Shown piece after piece: positions 60,516 to 64,000 of a stretch of 64,000 nt of DNA. The stretch comes from Bacteroidota bacterium. GTDB lineage: Bacteria; Bacteroidota; Bacteroidia; AKYH767-A; OLB10. How positions within the stretch are numbered: the first letter of the stretch is position 1; each line of letters starts with the position of its first letter. The DNA lies in the NCBI GenBank assembly GCA_016717725.1, contig JADKFA010000001.1, positions 67,219 to 131,218 of the forward strand, written 5' to 3'. The position numbers were made by a program, and so were the translations under genes. Below the pieces are notes generated by a model. It had not been told where the DNA came from. It saw only the letters and a list, made by a program, of their open reading frames with translations, and searched no databases.

Positions 60516-61712
60516 ATGATACGCAAACTGACAATAAAAAATTTCAAGATTCACTCCAACACAGAGTTGGATTTAAGCAACCTGAATATTTTGACAGGAA
60601 TAAACGGGGTTGGAAAATCTTCGGTTTTTCAATCACTTTTGCTGCTAAGGCAATCATACGAAGCCAATGTTCTTTCAAGTGGTTTGCAATTGAACAAACC
60701 ATATTGCGACATCGGCTTTATCAGCGATGCAATTTATCAGGGAGGAGAAACTGATGAAATTGAATTTGCAATCGACACAAATGAAAACGAAAATCAGTCA
60801 TGGAAATTCAAACCGCTTGATAAAAATCCAAATAAAAACTTTATTCCAGTTTCAGGGTCAACAGAAAGCAATATTGTTTCTGATTCAAAAGATTCATTAA
60901 TCCCAAGTGTAGGCAAAACACAAAGTAATTTAGGAAGACTAAGTGTTTTTAATAATAATTTTCAATACCTGAGTGCAGCAAGATTATCACCAAGAGAAAC
61001 TTATCCGCTAGATTCAAATGCAGTAGAAGTGAAACGGCAACTTTCAGTTGAAAAGGGACAAGGAGAATTAGTTGTTCACTTTCTTTATCACTACGGAAAA
61101 GAAAAAAGAGAAAATAAAATTTGACTTACTTAGACATGAAGCTGAGGCATTAGATGATTTGCTTTCACAAACTAGTGCATGGGAGAGAGAAGTAAGTCCA
61201 GGAGTAAATGTTGTTCCTACTCCAAGCGGGAAGGCATTTACATTGAAATATACTTTCAACAAGAAGAATGACTTTACACCGACAGAGCCATTCAGTGCAG
61301 AGAATGTTGGATTTGGTTTGAGCTACGCTTTACCAATTATTGTGGCAGCACTATCATCAAGTGAAAACAGTTTAATACTTGTAGAGAATCCCGAAGCACA
61401 TCTTCACCCAAGAGGACAATCTCAATTAGCAAAACTTCTTGCATTAGCAGCACAAAGCGGAGTACAGATTATCATTGAAACACACAGCGAACATATCATT
61501 AACGGGTGTTAGTTGCTTGCAAGAAATTTGAAAAAGGAGAAAAAGGAATCAATAAAGATTTGGTAAGAATTTATCACTTTAAACGAGACGAAGAAAAGCA
61601 TTGCGCCATTGCAGACCGAATAACAATTCTTGCAGATGGTAAAGTTGATAGACAACCAGAAGATTTTTTTGAACAGACAGAAAAAGACCTAAACTATTTA
61701 CTCGGATTCTGA
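60516..61712 (+). pseudogene. AAA_15/ABC-like ATPase with a DUF3696-type C-terminus, with 2 frameshifts
   Basis: Walker A GINGVGKSS, Walker B-like LILVENPEAHLHP, ETHSEHII, and the tail IYHF..DG..FF. It starts 1 nt after the DUF262 stop. Confidence 0.8.
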
Positions 61713-61713
61713 C

Positions 61714-62284
61714 ATGAAGATAAAAGCATACATACATTTTCCCGAAGATGAAATCGCTTTTAATCATCTTGCTGGAAATCCAGATTCTTACAATGAAATT
61801 GTAAAAGGAACTATACGCTATCAAGTACAAACTGAAGAAGAATTCGCAATACGAACTCTCTTACGATTGGAATAATGTTCAGCGTTTTTTGGCTGTAGCA
61901 GAGGGAATAATTCCCGACAAATATTTAGGAGGAATTCGTAGTCAAATTTTGCATATTGTAGGAACGACAAGCAGAAATGTTAGTCAACCGAGATTAAGAA
62001 TACCTCACTTTACTTACACAACTTGGAGTATTGATTTAAAGGTTGCACATTCTCCTTTTGTGGTTTCAGAATCAGCAGAAGATACTTTGAATGATTCTGC
62101 AACAGAAAAAACTATTTGTCTTTGTCTTGGCGATTCTATCAATGCACAAAGAGAAGAATTACACATCATTAAAGATGCAATTCATGACAGCACCCTTCCA
62201 AAACTAATTACAGTTAATGCCACAAGCAGCGATGTGGGTTTTGTAAAATGGGTTACCACTCTTCCAGTTGGAAATTTACATTAA
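61714..62284 (+). pseudogene. hypothetical ~190-aa protein, with 1 frameshift (~61805-61875)
   Basis: The ATG lies 1 nt after the ATPase stop. MKIKAYIHFPEDE.. continues as ..YDWNNVQRFLAVAEGIIPDKYLGG.. in another frame. No family recognised. Confidence 0.45.
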
Positions 62285-62299
62285 GAAACAATAACGACT

Positions 62300-62506
62300 T
62301 TGAACCGCTTGAAAAGTTTTGGGGAAAGAACCAAGGAAAGAATATTCAGACACAAAGCAACAGGTAATCATTGGTATTTTGACTTCAACCATAAGGATAA
62401 CAAAATTCATTATGAAGTATTTGATGGCACAGGAAATACTCATTTGGGTGAAGCTGATGAAAATGGAACATTAAAAGCAGAAACTCAAAGCAATAAGAAA
62501 AAATAA
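62300..62506 (+). CDS. hypothetical 68-aa protein (apparent TTG start)
   Basis: Co-directional and wedged between the unknown ORF and res. Contains HWYFDF..HYEVFDGTGNTHLGE. Confidence 0.3.
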   Translation: MNRLKSFGERTKERIFRHKATGNHWYFDFNHKDNKIHYEVFDGTGNTHLGEADENGTLKAETQSNKKK

Positions 62507-62519
62507 GCGATTTACTATA

Positions 62520-64000
62520 ATGAAACTCCAATTTGACGGCAACCAATCTTATCAATGGGATGCAGTAAAAGCATCACCGACATTTTTGAAGGGCAACCTT
62601 TAAGCAGTGGAGATTTTGAATTTACGCAATCGTCCGCAGGTGTATTGCTAACTGAAAACGGTTTTGGAAACAACCTTACTTTGTCGGCAGAACAGATTTT
62701 GCTGAATGTGAAAAACATTCAGCAACGAAATGAAATTCAAAAATGCCGTTGAAGAATTGCAGGGAATGAATTTTTCGGTGGAGATGGAAACAGGCACAGG
62801 AAAACTTATGTGTATCTGAAAAGTATATATGAACTTAATAAACTTTACGGCTTCAAAAAGTTTGTAATCGTAGTTCCATCAGTTGCAATTCGTGAAGGTG
62901 TTATAAAATCTACAAATCACACACGACCATTTTCAAAGTCTGTATGATAAAACTTCTATCAATTTTGATGTTTACGACAGTAAGAAAGTTTCCAACCTAA
63001 GAGGATTTTCTTCAGGAAATTTCATTCAGGTTTTAGTAATCAATATTGATTCATTTGCGAAAGATGAAAATATCATCAACAAACCAAACGACAAACTCAC
63101 AGGTAAAAGACCGATTGAGTTTATTCAAAGCACAAAACCATTTGTAATTGTTGACGAACCGCAGAATATGGAAACCGAAATAAGAAAGAAAGCAATTGAG
63201 AATCTCAATCCACTTTGTATCTTACGTTATTCGGCTACACACACCAACTTTTATAACCTCATGTATTCACTCAATCCAGTGAAGGCTTATGATTTGGGAT
63301 TGGTAAAGCAGATTGAAGTTGATAGTGTAATCAGTGAAAACGATTTCAACGACAGTTTCATACAGTTGGAAAGTGTGAACAGAACAGGAAACAACATCAC
63401 TGCAAAAATTAAGATTGATACATCTTCTACAACAGGCATCAAACGAAAATCAGTTACTGCAAACAGAAATAAATTAGACCTTTTTATATTGAGCAATAAG
63501 AATGAAAAGTATGAAGGGTTAAAGATTTATGAAATTGATTTCGGCAATCAGCAAATAGAACTTACCAACGGAATTGTTTTGAAAGTTGGAGAATCAAAGG
63601 GAGGTATGAATGATGAAGTGATGCGTTTCATGATTCAGAAAACCGTTGAAGAACATTTGAAGAAAGAAAGAGAATACAAAGCCAAAGGAATAAAAGTGTT
63701 GACGTTATTTTTCATTGACAAAGTGAAAAACTATCGTGAGTATGATGAAATCGGAAATGCAATTGCAGGGAAGTTTGCTACATGGTTTGAAGAAATTTAT
63801 CAAAATGAAATAGCAAAACCAAACAACAAAAATCTTATCTCTAATTCAGTTACAAAGATTCACAACGGATATTTTTCGCAAGACAACAAAGGTAGAGTGA
63901 AAGATACAGGAGGGAGAAACCCAAGCAGATGATGATACTTACAAACTCATCATGCAGGAAAAAGAAAAGTTGCTTGACATTAACACTCCGCTTCGTTTTA
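62520..64000 (+). pseudogene. res: Type III restriction endonuclease Res subunit (SF2 helicase-nuclease), N-terminal ~490 codons with at least 5 frameshifts; continues beyond the window
   Basis: MKLQFDGNQSYQ start, Walker A METGTGKTYVY (after a shift), motif II FVIVDEPQNM, LRYSATH, and a later YKLIMQEKEKLL in another frame. Confidence 0.85.

Overview
This 64 kb window is AT-rich chromosomal DNA. It most likely comes from a Bacteroidota (Flavobacteriia-like) organism, because it carries a T9SS C-terminal sorting domain cargo protein, gldD, a Sec/lipoprotein-type clade II nosZ cluster and an mS38/bS22-like mini ribosomal protein. No rRNA, tRNA or CRISPR-cas was found.

Layout from left to right:
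- 0.4-6.1 kb: a light/photo-oxidative-stress-like cluster (ECF sigma, MerR-B12 regulator, SDR, broken photolyase).
- 6-11.5 kb: housekeeping genes (DPP-IV, ribE, MFS, GNATs).
- 11.7-16.1 kb: an ArsR-controlled thiol/sulfur redox island (2 rhodaneses, 3 thioredoxin-fold proteins, a TPFCSCS permease, a DsbD-like protein, DinB).
- 16-31 kb: cbpA/cbpM, porin, rlmN, radA, lnt, lpd and a T9SS cargo gene.
- 30.96-32.67 kb: an IS1182-family IS inserted in the loop of a terminator hairpin.
- 33-43 kb: a clade II N2O-reductase cluster (rrf2, cyt c, nosZ, nosB-like/nosL fusion, nosD, fasciclin, nosF, nosY, dsbD).
- 44.7-45.9 kb: a ~1.2 kb non-coding array of about 35 copies of a 35-bp unit.
- 46-55 kb: ctaA, lysC, gldD, ssb, mutY, HU and rng.
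- 55.5-64 kb: a defence island. It holds a SIR2-like gene, then an HTH-controlled Type III R-M operon whose mod and res are separated by a nested DUF262 / DUF3696-type ATPase / two-unknown-ORF cassette.

Many genes are broken by indels in homopolymer runs. The break density is roughly ten-fold higher in the defence island than elsewhere, so every pseudogene call carries the caveat that some breaks may be sequencing errors. Most short or antisense ORFs in the supplied track look spurious.
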